Below are positions 45,600 through 55,635 of a DNA stretch of 64,000 nt, in pieces. Under the pieces are notes generated by a model. It made no database searches. It was not told where the DNA came from and was given only the letters and a program-made list of their open reading frames with translations. The first letter of the stretch is position 1. Every line of letters starts with the position of its first letter. Both the position numbers and the translations under genes were made by a program. The stretch covers positions 7,843,461-7,907,460 of the forward strand of contig NZ_CP114039.1 in NCBI RefSeq assembly GCF_026965535.1. The letters are read 5' to 3'. This stretch comes from Corallococcus sp. NCRR. GTDB taxonomy: Bacteria; Myxococcota; Myxococcia; Myxococcales; Myxococcaceae.

Positions 45600-46604
45600 G
45601 TGGATGACGGATGCGCGCGGGGCGCTACGGTGTCCGCCATGGCCGAGTGCCCCGTGGGCGGTCCTTCTTCCCCCTCCCCTCCTCCCGAACCCCCTTCCGA
45701 CGTCGCGCGCACCGTGGCGCTGGAGCCCGCGGATCCGCTCAGCGTGCTCAATCAGGCGTTCCGCGACGCCTACGCCGCGCGCCGTGATGCGGTGCTGTCC
45801 CGCCTGGGCCCCGTCATCGCGCAGATCGACGACGTGCTCATCCTGCGCATGCGGGGCCAGCGCTTCGAGGCCCCCGCGCGCACGCGGCGCTACCATGAGT
45901 ACAAGGCCGTCACCCACGTGCCGCTCGCGCTCCACGTCCTGCTCGCCAGCAAGGAAGCGCTCGACTGGGAGACGCACACGCGGCTCACCACCCTGCGCAG
46001 CCTCATCACCGCCTCGCGCCGGAGCCTGAAGGGCCGGGACCTCCCGGCCGAGGCGCTGGCGCGGCAGAAACGCCTGCTCGACGCGTCGCTGGTGCTCGTG
46101 GACGAGGTGACGGCGGCGGGCGGGGTGACGCAGGCGCAGCTCTCCGCGTTCATCCACGCCCGGGTGCCGGACCTCTTGAAGAACGCCGAGGACGCGGCGA
46201 GGGATCAGATCGACACCATGCACGCCTCGGTCGAGGCGTGGAAGCGCCAGATGACCGAAGAGGAGCGCGGCCAGCTGCGCGCCGTGGTGGCCGCCTCGCA
46301 CATGTCGCGGCCCGGCAACGTGGCCGCGCAGTACTTCTCCATCACCCTGGGCGACACGTGGGAGGGGCGCTTCCACGAAGAGGACCAACAGCCCGGCAAG
46401 CGCGTGCTCTCCTCGGAGGCGACGTTCGACGAGCCCTCGGCGTTCGCGCTGCTCGCCACGCACGTGCTGGACGCGAACACGTCGCGCGGCATCTTCGGTG
46501 AGGAGACGCGCATGGCGAGGGATCTGCTCGCGGACGCGGCCGAGCGCATCCTCGCGGGCATGTTCCAGACGGCGCCCCAGCCGCCCGGCGCGGGCGCGCC
46601 CTGA
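45600..46604 (+). CDS. Hypothetical protein
   Basis: 334-aa ORF, helical, with no recognisable domain. An alternative start is at 45639. Confidence 0.45.
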   Translation: MDDGCARGATVSAMAECPVGGPSSPSPPPEPPSDVARTVALEPADPLSVLNQAFRDAYAARRDAVLSRLGPVIAQIDDVLILRMRGQRFEAPARTRRYHEYKAVTHVPLALHVLLASKEALDWETHTRLTTLRSLITASRRSLKGRDLPAEALARQKRLLDASLVLVDEVTAAGGVTQAQLSAFIHARVPDLLKNAEDAARDQIDTMHASVEAWKRQMTEEERGQLRAVVAASHMSRPGNVAAQYFSITLGDTWEGRFHEEDQQPGKRVLSSEATFDEPSAFALLATHVLDANTSRGIFGEETRMARDLLADAAERILAGMFQTAPQPPGAGAP

Positions 46605-46610
46605 AGCGAC

Positions 46611-48284
46611 TCAGAGGCGCGTGAGCGGCAGCTCCACGGTGATCATCGCGCCCTCGCCCAGCTGGCTGTCCAGGGACACGCTCCCGCCCTCGGCCTCCAC
46701 GATGGTGCGGGTGAGGTAGAGGCCCAAGCCCAGGCCGCCATAGTGGCGCTCGGACACCGCGCGGCCATAGCGCTCGAAGAGGCGGGGCCGCTGCTCCGGC
46801 GAGATGCCGATGCCCCCGTCGCGCACCGTGAGCCTCGCCACGGGCCCGTCCACCACGAGCCGCACGGACACCGGCGTCCCGGCGCCGTACTTGAGGGCGT
46901 TGTCCAGCAGGTGATCCAACACCTGCGCCAGCCGGGCCCGGTCGAAGCAGCCGCGCACCGACTCCGGGGCCTCCACCTGGAACTCGCAGTGCTCCAGGGC
47001 GAACCTCGGCGCGAACAGCGCGGCCACCTCGCGCACCACCTCCGCGACGTCCACCTCCTCGCGCTGAAGGCGGAAGGTGCCGGCGCTGATGCGCGACACG
47101 TCCAGCAGGTCGTTCATCAGCTCCGTGAGCCGGCGGACCTGGCGGTGCCCCGTCTCCACGTGGGCCTCGATGACGGGGACGAGCGGCGAGTCCGGATACG
47201 ACTTCACCGCGCGCGACAGCGCCTGGAGCTTCAGGCTCAGCGGCGTCAGCGGCGTCTTCAGCTCGTGGCTCGCGACGGAGAGGAACTCGTCGCGCAGGCG
47301 GATGGCCTCGCGCGCGCCATGGAGCAGCCGCGCGTTGTCCACCGCGAGCGCGGCCAGGTTCGCCAGCTCCTGGGCGAAGCGCAGGTCCTCGTCGCCATAC
47401 CGGCGGCTGGGGGTGGTGACCAGGAAGGTCAGCGCGCCCAGGATGTGGCCCCGGGCCATCAACGGCACGGTGAGCAGCGAATGGATGCCCACCCGCCGCA
47501 TCGTCTCCAGGTGCTCGGCGTCCTGCGCCACGGACTCAATGACCGCGTCCGTGACCTCGGACACCAGGGTGGACTGGCCGGTCGCCAGCGCCACCGCGGG
47601 GGGATAGACGGGGCGCTCCCGGGGCACCGGCGTCAGCCGCTGCACGCTGGCCGCGAGCGGCGCGTGGGAGGGATCCGCGGCCACCACCTGGACGCGCTCG
47701 AAGTGGCCGTCCGGGTGCAGCATGTCCACGATGCACCAGTCCGCGAGCGCCGACACCGATAGGTTCGCCAGCGAGGCCATCGTGGCGGAGGCATCCAGCG
47801 ACGAGGCGAACAGCTCGCTGGCCCGCGCGAGGAACGTGGCGCGCTGCTCGCCCAGGACCTGCGCCTGGATGTCGATGCAGGTGCCCACCCATTCGCGCAC
47901 GGCGCCGTCCGGCCCCAGCACGGGCACGCCCCGCGCGAGCATCCACACATACGTGCCATCCACGCGGCGCAGCCGGTAGCGCGTGGAGAAGAGCCGCGCC
48001 CCCGCCCTGGCCCGCTCCCACGCCGCCAGGGCGCCGGCCCGGTCATCCGGGTGCAGGGCGAGCAGCCACCCATGGTCGCGCAGCTGCTCCGGCGTCTGGC
48101 CGGTGAAGGCCGTCCATGACGGAGAGGCGGGCGTCAGCGCATCCCGGGCGGGGTCCGTCGACCAGGTGACCTGCGCCGTGGCCTCCAGCAGCCGGCGCAG
48201 GCGGGCCACCTCCTCGCGCAAGTCGGCCTCGGCACCGCTGGAGGGCGTGGAGGCGCGGCTTGGATCCAGGAGGGGGGAGGTCAT
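46611..48284 (-). CDS. Sensor histidine kinase (PAS - GAF - HisKA - HATPase)
   Basis: H-box 'SHELKTPLTPL', N-box 'LLDNALKY' and G-boxes 'DGGIGI' and 'GGLGLGL'. PAS and GAF-like regions are upstream. Confidence 0.85.
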   Translation of the reverse strand: MTSPLLDPSRASTPSSGAEADLREEVARLRRLLEATAQVTWSTDPARDALTPASPSWTAFTGQTPEQLRDHGWLLALHPDDRAGALAAWERARAGARLFSTRYRLRRVDGTYVWMLARGVPVLGPDGAVREWVGTCIDIQAQVLGEQRATFLARASELFASSLDASATMASLANLSVSALADWCIVDMLHPDGHFERVQVVAADPSHAPLAASVQRLTPVPRERPVYPPAVALATGQSTLVSEVTDAVIESVAQDAEHLETMRRVGIHSLLTVPLMARGHILGALTFLVTTPSRRYGDEDLRFAQELANLAALAVDNARLLHGAREAIRLRDEFLSVASHELKTPLTPLSLKLQALSRAVKSYPDSPLVPVIEAHVETGHRQVRRLTELMNDLLDVSRISAGTFRLQREEVDVAEVVREVAALFAPRFALEHCEFQVEAPESVRGCFDRARLAQVLDHLLDNALKYGAGTPVSVRLVVDGPVARLTVRDGGIGISPEQRPRLFERYGRAVSERHYGGLGLGLYLTRTIVEAEGGSVSLDSQLGEGAMITVELPLTRL

Positions 48285-48293
48285 CGCGGTGGC

Positions 48294-49310
48294 TCAGTAC
48301 ACGTTGTACTTGGCCCGGAGCGCTTCGTGCTCCTGGGCGTTGCGCGACGGGTGCAGGACCTTCTGCGCGTCATGCAGGTAGTACCAGTAGTCGCTCTTCA
48401 CCGGCCGCAGCGCGGCGAGCAGCGAGTCCACGGTCGGCGCGCCAATGGGGCCCGGCGGCAGGCCCGCGCGGGTGCGCGAGTTCCACGGATCCGAGTTGTC
48501 CCGCAGCCGCTTGAGGAACGCCTTGCGGTCGTTCCACTCCGCCAGCTCGTAGCGGCTGGTGGCGTCCACGCCCAGCGGGAAGCCCTTGTCCACGCGCTTC
48601 CAGAGGATGCCCGCGACGAGCGCGCGCTGGGACGGCACCGGCTCCTCGCGCTCCAGCATGGAGGCCATCACGACGATGTCGTGCAGCGACCGGCCGCTCT
48701 TCGCGATCTCGTCCTTGTGCTCGTCGTAGAAGCGCGCGCGGAAGGTGTCGATCTGCCGCTGGATGAACGCCTCCACCTTGAAGTTGTCCGCGATGATCCC
48801 GTACGTCTCCGGGTAGAGGTATCCCTCCAGGCTGCGCGTGGGCATGGGGAACGGCGCGGCGAAGCTGCTCGGGCGGCTTGCCGCGGCGATGTACTCACCC
48901 GGCTTGATGAGGCCCTGGGCGGCGAGCACCTGGTCGGTGTCGCGCAGGCGCCAGCCTTCAATCATCGCGAAGGGCACGTCCTCCGGCAGCGGCTGGCCTT
49001 CCAGGGCGTTGGCCAGCTCCGCCACGGAAGACGTGGGGCTGAGCATGAAGCGGCCCGCCTTCACCTTGAGGCCGCCCCGGCGCCACAGGTGGAAGCGCCA
49101 CACGGTGGCGTCGTCCAGGAAGCCCTGGGCCTGGAGCTGCTGGCCCAGCGAGCGCGCGGACGCGCCCTTCTTCACCACGAACTCCTTGGGGGCCGGATCC
49201 GCCGCCGCGTGCGGCGCGGTGGTGGCGTTCTGGAAGTGCATGAACACGCCGCCTGCACCCGCGACCGCCAGGACGATGAGCACGAGGAGCGCGACCAAAA
49301 TCTTCTTCAT
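48294..49310 (-). CDS. mltG: Endolytic murein transglycosylase MltG (YceG-like)
   Basis: N-terminal TM anchor 'MKKILVALLVLIVLAVAG', YceG motifs 'IEGW', 'LEGYLYPETY', 'ASMLEREE' and terminal 'YNVY'. The ATG at 49308-49310 lies within the longer track ORF. Confidence 0.8.
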   Translation of the reverse strand: MKKILVALLVLIVLAVAGAGGVFMHFQNATTAPHAAADPAPKEFVVKKGASARSLGQQLQAQGFLDDATVWRFHLWRRGGLKVKAGRFMLSPTSSVAELANALEGQPLPEDVPFAMIEGWRLRDTDQVLAAQGLIKPGEYIAAASRPSSFAAPFPMPTRSLEGYLYPETYGIIADNFKVEAFIQRQIDTFRARFYDEHKDEIAKSGRSLHDIVVMASMLEREEPVPSQRALVAGILWKRVDKGFPLGVDATSRYELAEWNDRKAFLKRLRDNSDPWNSRTRAGLPPGPIGAPTVDSLLAALRPVKSDYWYYLHDAQKVLHPSRNAQEHEALRAKYNVY

Positions 49311-49443
49311 GGGGCGCCAACCTATCAAAGGCCCTGACGCTTCCAACGAGAACCACCGGGCCCCCAGCCGGGCAGGCGGACGCAAGCGCCCCCTTCTCAA
49401 CACCCAGCGATGAGGACGCCCCCTCCCCCAAGCCTCGTCTAGG

Positions 49444-50358
49444 ATGGCGGCCTTGTTCGTCGACCCCCGCCGGCTTGAAACCTTCCGCGTCGTCGCCTCG
49501 ACCGGGCAGATCTCCGCCGCCTCCCGCCTGCTCCACCTGTCCCAGCCCGCCGTCACCGCGCAGGTCCGGCAGTTGGAGGCGGACTGCGGCCAGCCGCTGC
49601 TCGTGCGCACGGCGCGCGGAGTGCGGCTGAACGCAGCGGGGCGTGTGCTGTTCGACTATGCCCAGCGCATCCACGGCCTGCTGGATGAGGCGGCGCTCGC
49701 CATCGCGGCGGAGGAGACGCTCACCGGCGAGCTGGCGCTGGCGGCGAGCACCACCGTCGCCAACGCCATCGTGCCGGGCCTGCTGGCGTCCTTCCTGCGC
49801 ACGCACCGCGAGCTCCAGGTCCGTCTGGAAGTGGGCAATACGCGCGAGGTGCTGACGTGGCTGTCGGAGGGCCGGGTGCCGCTCGGGCTGGTGGAGGGCC
49901 ACGCGCGGGCGCCCGGGATCCGGCTGGAGCGCTACCTGGATGACGAGCTGGTGCCAGTGGTCTCGTCACAGGGGCCGGTGGAGTGGGCGCGGATCCGCAC
50001 CATGAAGGCGCTGCGGGAGGTGCCGCTGCTGTGGCGGGAGCAGGGCTCCGGCACGCGCGCCGTGCTGGACCGGGCCCTGCGCAAGGCGGGCGTGCGCAAG
50101 GGGCCCCGGCGCGGGGACCTCCAGTTGGGCAGCACCGAGGCCATCAAGCGGGCCGTGTCCCTGGGCCTGGGCGTGGCGTTGTTGTCCCGCTGGAGCATCG
50201 ACGGCGAGCTGTCCCTGGGCCGCTTCCAGGTGTTGCCCGTCCCCGGGCTGCGAATCCCGCGCGCGTTCTCCTGGGCCCTGCCCGTGGATGAACCGTCCGG
50301 AGCCGCGGGCCGCTTCCTGCGCCATGCCCGCGCCACGCCCCCGGTGCTGCTGCCCTGA
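49444..50358 (+). CDS. LysR family transcriptional regulator
   Basis: HTH 'LETFRVVASTGQISAASRLLHLSQPAVTAQVRQLE' plus a full substrate-binding domain, 304 aa. Confidence 0.85.
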   Translation: MAALFVDPRRLETFRVVASTGQISAASRLLHLSQPAVTAQVRQLEADCGQPLLVRTARGVRLNAAGRVLFDYAQRIHGLLDEAALAIAAEETLTGELALAASTTVANAIVPGLLASFLRTHRELQVRLEVGNTREVLTWLSEGRVPLGLVEGHARAPGIRLERYLDDELVPVVSSQGPVEWARIRTMKALREVPLLWREQGSGTRAVLDRALRKAGVRKGPRRGDLQLGSTEAIKRAVSLGLGVALLSRWSIDGELSLGRFQVLPVPGLRIPRAFSWALPVDEPSGAAGRFLRHARATPPVLLP

Positions 50359-50367
50359 GTCAGCGGC

Positions 50368-51345
50368 TCACGCCCAGCCCAGCAGCAGCGCGCCCAGGCA
50401 CAGGCCCGCCATGATCAGCCACAGCGCCACGGCCTGCGCGAGCGGACGGAGGCCCACGGCGCGCAGCGTTTCGCGCGTCAGCCCCGCCCCCAGCAGGAAC
50501 AGCGTCACCACGAGCAACTGCCGGGCGACGGCCGCCACACCCTGCCCCACCGGTTCGAGCGACGGGAACACCGTCACGACCGCCGCCGCTCCCAGGAAAC
50601 CGGCGATGAACCAGGGCCGGCGGACCTTGCCGGTCACCGCGTGGCCCTCGCGCCGCTGCCATGCGGCCAGGCCCACCGTGAGCGGGAGGATCCACAGGGC
50701 TCGCGCCAGCTTCACAGGCGTGGCCACCGCCAGGGCCTCGGGGCCGTAGCGCAGCGCCGCGCCCACCACGGAGCTGGTGTCGTGGATGGCCATCGCGCAC
50801 CACAATCCGAACTGGTGCGGCGTCAGCCCTACCGCGTGGCCCACGACGGGGAAGACGAACAGCGCCACGGCATTGAGCATGAACACCGTGCCCAGCGCCA
50901 CGGACGTCTCATGCTCCTGGGGCCGCAGCACCGGCACCACCGCCGCGATGGCGCTCCCGCCGCAGATGGCCGTGCCCACGCTGATGAGCAGGCCCGTCAC
51001 GCGGGGCACGCCCAGCAGCCGGGCGAGCCCCACGCCCAGCGTCAGACACAGCGCGATGCCCACCACCGTGTAGCCCAGGCCCTCACGCCCCGCCGCGAGC
51101 ACCGTGCGCAGGTCCATGCCCGCGCCCAGCCCCACCACCGCCAGGGACAACAGCCGGGGCGTCAGCTTCCGCGTCGTCCCGGCGAAGGGATTGCCCACGG
51201 TCAGGGCCACGCACAGCCCCGCGAGCAGGGCCACACCGGTGGAGACGAAAGGCAGCAGGCACAGCGCCGCGCCGAGCGGCATCAGCACATGCCCGGCCGT
51301 CCAGGCCCGGGGACGGACAACGGGAAGCGTCGGAGGCGTTTCCAT
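50368..51345 (-). CDS. YeiH/UPF0324 family putative sulfate exporter-type membrane protein
   Basis: 325 aa, polytopic, with Gly-rich helices typical of UPF0324. It is adjacent to a LysR regulator, as is usual for yeiE-yeiH. Confidence 0.7.
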   Translation of the reverse strand: METPPTLPVVRPRAWTAGHVLMPLGAALCLLPFVSTGVALLAGLCVALTVGNPFAGTTRKLTPRLLSLAVVGLGAGMDLRTVLAAGREGLGYTVVGIALCLTLGVGLARLLGVPRVTGLLISVGTAICGGSAIAAVVPVLRPQEHETSVALGTVFMLNAVALFVFPVVGHAVGLTPHQFGLWCAMAIHDTSSVVGAALRYGPEALAVATPVKLARALWILPLTVGLAAWQRREGHAVTGKVRRPWFIAGFLGAAAVVTVFPSLEPVGQGVAAVARQLLVVTLFLLGAGLTRETLRAVGLRPLAQAVALWLIMAGLCLGALLLGWA

Positions 51346-51403
51346 GCGCCATGGACATGCGCCCGGCGGCCTCCGGACACCAGATGTCAGAAGCGATAAG
51401 CCA

Positions 51404-52204
51404 TCAGCTTTCTGGATGGCTCCCGGGGATGTGCAGGGACAGCTCGTTGGGCGTGAGGATTTCGCAGCCGTCGCGGGTGACGAGCACCGTGTGCTCGAAC
51501 TGGGCGGACAGGCTGCCGTCCGCGGTCACGACGGTCCACCCGTCCGGCATCATCCGGATGTCCGGGCGCCCCAGGTTGATCATGGGCTCGATGGTGATGA
51601 CCATCCCCGACTTCAGCGTGATGCCCGTGCCCGCCTTCGCCACGTGCGGTACGTGCGGCTCCCCGTGCATCTGCCTGCCGATGCCGTGGCCCCCGAACTC
51701 CTCCACCACGCTGCACCCCTCCGCCTTCGCCAGCGCCATCACCGCCGCGCCAATGTCCCCCAGCCGCGCGCCGTGCCGCACCACCGACACGCCCACGTCC
51801 CGGCACCGCCGCGCCACGGCCACGACGTGCTTCGCGTCGGCGGAGACCTCGCCAATCATGAACGTGGCGGACGTGTCGCCGTGGAAGCCGTCCAGGTGCG
51901 TCGTCACGTCCACGTTGACGATGTCGCCGGGCTTGAGCACTTCATCCGTGCGCGGGATGCCATGGCACACCACGTGGTTGCGGCTGGTGCACACCGTGGC
52001 CGGGAAGCCCTTGTAGCCCAGCTGACTGGGCGTCCCGCCCCGCCGCGCCGTGTCCTCGCGAACCCACGCGTCGATGTCCGCCGTCGTCACCCCGGGCTGG
52101 AGCCGGGCGCCCACGTGCGCCAACGTCCCCGCCGCCGCGCGGCCCGCGAGCCGCAGCCGCTCCACTTCACTGCCCTTGAAGAGAGGAATGCCCATGGCGG
52201 GCAA
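51404..52204 (-). CDS. map: Methionine aminopeptidase, type I
   Basis: Metal ligands and motifs 'VCHGIP', 'GDIVNVDVT', 'FHGDTS', 'HGIGRQMHE' and 'TIEPM', 266 aa. Confidence 0.9.
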   Translation of the reverse strand: MPAMGIPLFKGSEVERLRLAGRAAAGTLAHVGARLQPGVTTADIDAWVREDTARRGGTPSQLGYKGFPATVCTSRNHVVCHGIPRTDEVLKPGDIVNVDVTTHLDGFHGDTSATFMIGEVSADAKHVVAVARRCRDVGVSVVRHGARLGDIGAAVMALAKAEGCSVVEEFGGHGIGRQMHGEPHVPHVAKAGTGITLKSGMVITIEPMINLGRPDIRMMPDGWTVVTADGSLSAQFEHTVLVTRDGCEILTPNELSLHIPGSHPES

Positions 52205-52295
52205 GGTGGCATCCGCCCGTCCGGAACGTCCAATGCTGTTCTGGCATCACGCGCCCCCCTCCACGGCGCCCCCGTCCCGCGCTAGCTTCCGGGCC

Positions 52296-52580
52296 GTGAG
52301 CATCACGCACCTCCAGTCCTTCGTCGCGGTGGCGGAAGAGGGCCACGTGGGCCGGGCCGCGCTCCGGCTGCACATCACCCAGCCGCCGCTCAGCCGTCAC
52401 ATCCTCGCCCTGGAGGATGAGCTGGGCACGCCCCTCTTCGAGCGCGTCCCCCGGGGCATGCGCCTGTTGCCCACCGGCGAGGCCCTGCTCCAGCACGCGC
52501 GCCGCATCCTCGCGGAGGTGGAGGTCGCCACCCGCACCGTGCGCGAGGCGGCCGGGAGCACGAAGCCGCCCCCGGCCTGA
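52296..52580 (+). pseudogene. Truncated LysR-type regulator: HTH DNA-binding domain only (about 94 aa), lacking the substrate-binding domain
   Basis: The LysR N-terminal consensus 'ITHLQSFVAVAEEGHVGRAALRLHITQPPLSRHILALEDELGTPLFERVPRGMRLLPTGEALLQHAR' ends at a stop 6 nt before the 3' end of the convergent helicase gene. Confidence 0.4.
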
Positions 52581-52586
52581 CCGCGA

Positions 52587-55148
52587 CTACGACCAGGCGG
52601 CCATGCCGCCAATGCGGCGCAGCATCAGGATGGGGCCGTCGTCCATGCGCCGGCCGCGCAGATCAATCTCACAGTCGATGACCCAGTCCCCATGGCCCTC
52701 CGGGTCCATGATGCGCTGCTGGGCCTCCCACTGGCGCGTGCCGGACTCCTTGAGCTGCGTGTTCGCCGGCTTGCGCGCCTGGGGCGTGAGCACCACCAGC
52801 TTGTGCTCCTCGAAGTACGGCGCCATGGCCTGCTCCAGCTTCGGGGCGGTCCATTCGCCCAGCGCGTTGTCCAGCATGCCCAGCGCGTCCAGGTAGCGGC
52901 GCTGGCCCAGCGCGCGCAGCAGCCGGTGCAGCTCCTCGCGCACGCGCGCGGCGAAGGCCTTGGGGTCCTCCGTGAGCTCCTTGGGCTTGAGGTCCACCAC
53001 AGGCTTCACTTCGACGGGGGCCTCCGGGTTGCGCATCCGCTCCCACTCGTCCAGGAGGCTGGAGTCCACCTGACGCAGCGTCGCGCGCAGGTGGTCGATG
53101 ATGTCGTCCAGGTCCTCGTTGCGGAACTTCTCCGGCACCGTCTGCACCAGCGACTTGTAGACGTCTCCCACGTAGCGCAGGAGCACGCCCTCGCTGCGCT
53201 GCAGGCCGTATTCGCGCACGTAGTCGTGGAAGGACATGAAGCGCTCGAACATGTCCCGGACAATGGACTTGGGCCGGATGTTCTCCTCGCCCACCCACGG
53301 GTGCTTCTTCGCGAAGGCGTTGAAGGTGCCGTAGACGAACTCACGGTTCGGCTTGGGCCACTCCAGCTTCTCCAGCTCCTCCATGCGGTCGTCGTACTCC
53401 ACGCCCCGCGCCTTCATCTCCTGGATCTTCTCCCCCTTCAGCTGGTGCAGCTGCGCGTACAGCACCACGTCCGGGTTCTCCAGGATGGACTCCACCAGCG
53501 TGACGACGTCCAGCGCGTACGTCTCCAGCGTGGGGTCCAACAACTCCAGCGTCTCGTGCAGGTACAGGGACAGCGTGTGGTTGAGGCTGAAGTCGCGCTG
53601 AAGGTCCTCGGACACCTCCACCGTCGCCGAGTGCTTCTCCCACTGCACCACCTTCACGATGCCCGCGTCGCGCAGCGTGCGGAAGTACATCGCCGCGTCC
53701 TTGAGCAGCTTCTTCTTCGTGTAGTCGGAGGAGTGCGAGCGCATCACCAACTGCACCAGCCGCTTGTAGCCGCCGCTGCCCTCCGTCTTGTCGCTCTGGA
53801 GCAGGTTGAGCAAGAGGCCGTGGCTCACGTCGAAGCGCGACTCCAGCGGCTCCGGCATCCCGTTCTGGAGCCGCTCGAAGGTGCTCTTGTCATACTGCAC
53901 GAAGCCCTTCTGCGGCGGCTTCGCCTTGGGCGACTTCTTCTTGCCCGCAGCCTCCTTCGCGGCCTGGCGGATGTTTTCAATCATGTACTCCGGGGCCTGC
54001 GCCACCACGCTGCCCTCGGTGTCGAAGCCCTTGCGGCCCGCGCGGCCGGAGATCTGCTTGAAGTCGCGCACGCTCAACGTGGCCAGCTTCTCGCCGTTGA
54101 ACTTGAACAACTGCGTGAAGAGCACCGTGCGGATGGGGATGTTCACGCCCACGCCCAGCGTGTCCGTGCCGCTGATGACCTTGAGCAGGCCCTGCTGCGC
54201 CAGCTTCTCCACCAGCAGGCGGTACTTGGGCAGCAGGCCCGCGTGGTGCATGCCGATGCCGTGGCGCAGGAAGCGCTGGAAGTCCTTGCCGTAGGGCGTG
54301 TCGAAGGGGGCGTCCAGCAGCGCCTGGCGGATCTCCTCCTTCTCTTCCTTCGTGTTGAAGTCCACGGACATCAGGTTTTGCGCCTGCTCGGCCGCGGCCC
54401 GCTGCGTGAAGTTCACCAGGTAGACGGGGTACTTCCCGCGCGCGATGAGGTCCTGGATGGTCTCGTGCAGCGGCACCTCGCGGTAGTCGAAGTCCAGCGG
54501 CACGGGGCGCTCGGAGCTGCGCACCGTGGCCACCTCGCGGCCGGTGAGCTTCTCCAGGCTCTGCTCGATGACGTGCGTGTCGCCCAGCGTGGCGGACATC
54601 AGCAGGAACTGCGTCTTGGGCAGCGCCAGCAGCGGGATCTGCCAGGCCACCCCGCGCTCCTTGTCGGAGTAGTAGTGGAACTCGTCCATCACCACCGCGT
54701 CCACGCGCGCGGACGCGTCACGCAGCGCGAGGTTCGACAGGATCTCCGCCGTGCAGCAGAGGATGGGCGCCTCGCGGTTGATGGACGCGTCGCCCGTCAG
54801 CATGCCCACGTTCTCCGGGCCGAAGGCCTTGGAGAGCGCGAAGAACTTCTCGTTCACCAGCGCCTTGATGGGGCACGTGTAGAACGACACCTTGCCCTCG
54901 GCCATGGCCTTGAAGTGGAGCGCCATGGCCACCAGCGACTTGCCGGAGCCCGTGGGCGTCTTGAGGAACAGGTGCTTGTCGCTGAGGAGCTCCAGGATGG
55001 CCTCCTCCTGGGCGGAGTACAGGCTCAGGCCGTTCGTGGCCACGTAGCTCACGAAGCGGTTGAGGATCTCGTCGGCGTCGAGTGGGGGCTCGCCGGGCTT
55101 GGGCAGCAGGGCGGCGAGCGGGGCGCGGGTGTCGGCGGAGGCACTCAT
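52587..55148 (-). CDS. Superfamily-2 (Ski2-like) DEAD/DEAH-box helicase with a DUF3516 C-terminal region
   Basis: Motif I 'KTPTGSGKS', motif II 'DEFH', 'SATL', and a helicase C domain 'ISGRAGRKG', followed by a C-terminal extension of about 400 aa. 853 aa. Confidence 0.85.
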   Translation of the reverse strand: MSASADTRAPLAALLPKPGEPPLDADEILNRFVSYVATNGLSLYSAQEEAILELLSDKHLFLKTPTGSGKSLVAMALHFKAMAEGKVSFYTCPIKALVNEKFFALSKAFGPENVGMLTGDASINREAPILCCTAEILSNLALRDASARVDAVVMDEFHYYSDKERGVAWQIPLLALPKTQFLLMSATLGDTHVIEQSLEKLTGREVATVRSSERPVPLDFDYREVPLHETIQDLIARGKYPVYLVNFTQRAAAEQAQNLMSVDFNTKEEKEEIRQALLDAPFDTPYGKDFQRFLRHGIGMHHAGLLPKYRLLVEKLAQQGLLKVISGTDTLGVGVNIPIRTVLFTQLFKFNGEKLATLSVRDFKQISGRAGRKGFDTEGSVVAQAPEYMIENIRQAAKEAAGKKKSPKAKPPQKGFVQYDKSTFERLQNGMPEPLESRFDVSHGLLLNLLQSDKTEGSGGYKRLVQLVMRSHSSDYTKKKLLKDAAMYFRTLRDAGIVKVVQWEKHSATVEVSEDLQRDFSLNHTLSLYLHETLELLDPTLETYALDVVTLVESILENPDVVLYAQLHQLKGEKIQEMKARGVEYDDRMEELEKLEWPKPNREFVYGTFNAFAKKHPWVGEENIRPKSIVRDMFERFMSFHDYVREYGLQRSEGVLLRYVGDVYKSLVQTVPEKFRNEDLDDIIDHLRATLRQVDSSLLDEWERMRNPEAPVEVKPVVDLKPKELTEDPKAFAARVREELHRLLRALGQRRYLDALGMLDNALGEWTAPKLEQAMAPYFEEHKLVVLTPQARKPANTQLKESGTRQWEAQQRIMDPEGHGDWVIDCEIDLRGRRMDDGPILMLRRIGGMAAWS

Positions 55149-55199
55149 CAGGCCCGACTCTAGGGGTTGGCGCCGGGGCTCCGTGAAAAATCGCGCGGC

Positions 55200-55616
55200 T
55201 CAGCCGGTAACGTACAGTCCCACCGCGATGTGACCCTCCGTCAGGGGCCCTCCGGCCGCGGGGCGCTGCCAGCACACCCGCCCCGCCTGCTCCGGCGACA
55301 GGCAGGGCACGTCCGTCACCTCCAGCGAGGCTCCAGCCAGGCGGGCCTTGCGCACGGCGGCGCTCCGCGTCAGGCCCAGTAGCTCCGGCGCGGGGGGCGG
55401 TGCCGCCTCGGGGCCCTGCTGGACGAAGACGGCCCGGACCTCGCCGGGGCCTCCGGGGGTGAAGTGCATGCCCGTCCCGTCCGCGGTGACCGCGCCGTGC
55501 AGCTCCAGCTCCACCGGCCCCAGCACGAGGGGGCCGGCGCCGAGCCGCGCCTGGACCCGCGCGAGCGACTCACGCAGGTCCACCAGCAGGGCCTCCAGGT
55601 CGATGGCGTCGCTCAT
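55200..55616 (-). CDS. Hypothetical protein: shared N-terminal helix/strand module plus C-terminal PASTA-like domain (138 aa)
   Basis: N-terminus 'DLEALLVDLRESLARVQARLG...LVLGPVELELHGAVT'. C-terminal 'PELLGLTRSAAVRKARLAGASLEV' matches the PASTA pattern. Confidence 0.5.
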   Translation of the reverse strand: MSDAIDLEALLVDLRESLARVQARLGAGPLVLGPVELELHGAVTADGTGMHFTPGGPGEVRAVFVQQGPEAAPPPAPELLGLTRSAAVRKARLAGASLEVTDVPCLSPEQAGRVCWQRPAAGGPLTEGHIAVGLYVTG

Positions 55617-55635
55617 CGCGGCACGGACCGTCCGT

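Noticed and set aside
43251-46463. 1070-aa minus-strand ORF
   Set aside because: Overlaps the M6 metalloprotease gene (signal peptide plus HExxH on the plus strand) and the downstream plus-strand ORF. It is Arg-rich with no motifs.
52587-55148. Helicase as part of a known anti-phage system (Zorya, Hachiman or DISARM-like) together with the OmpA-like protein
   Set aside because: The helicase is a Ski2-like DUF3516 (SftH-type) enzyme. The neighbouring proteins lack MotAB-like TM channels, nucleases or methylases. The association is kept only as a possibility of co-transcription.
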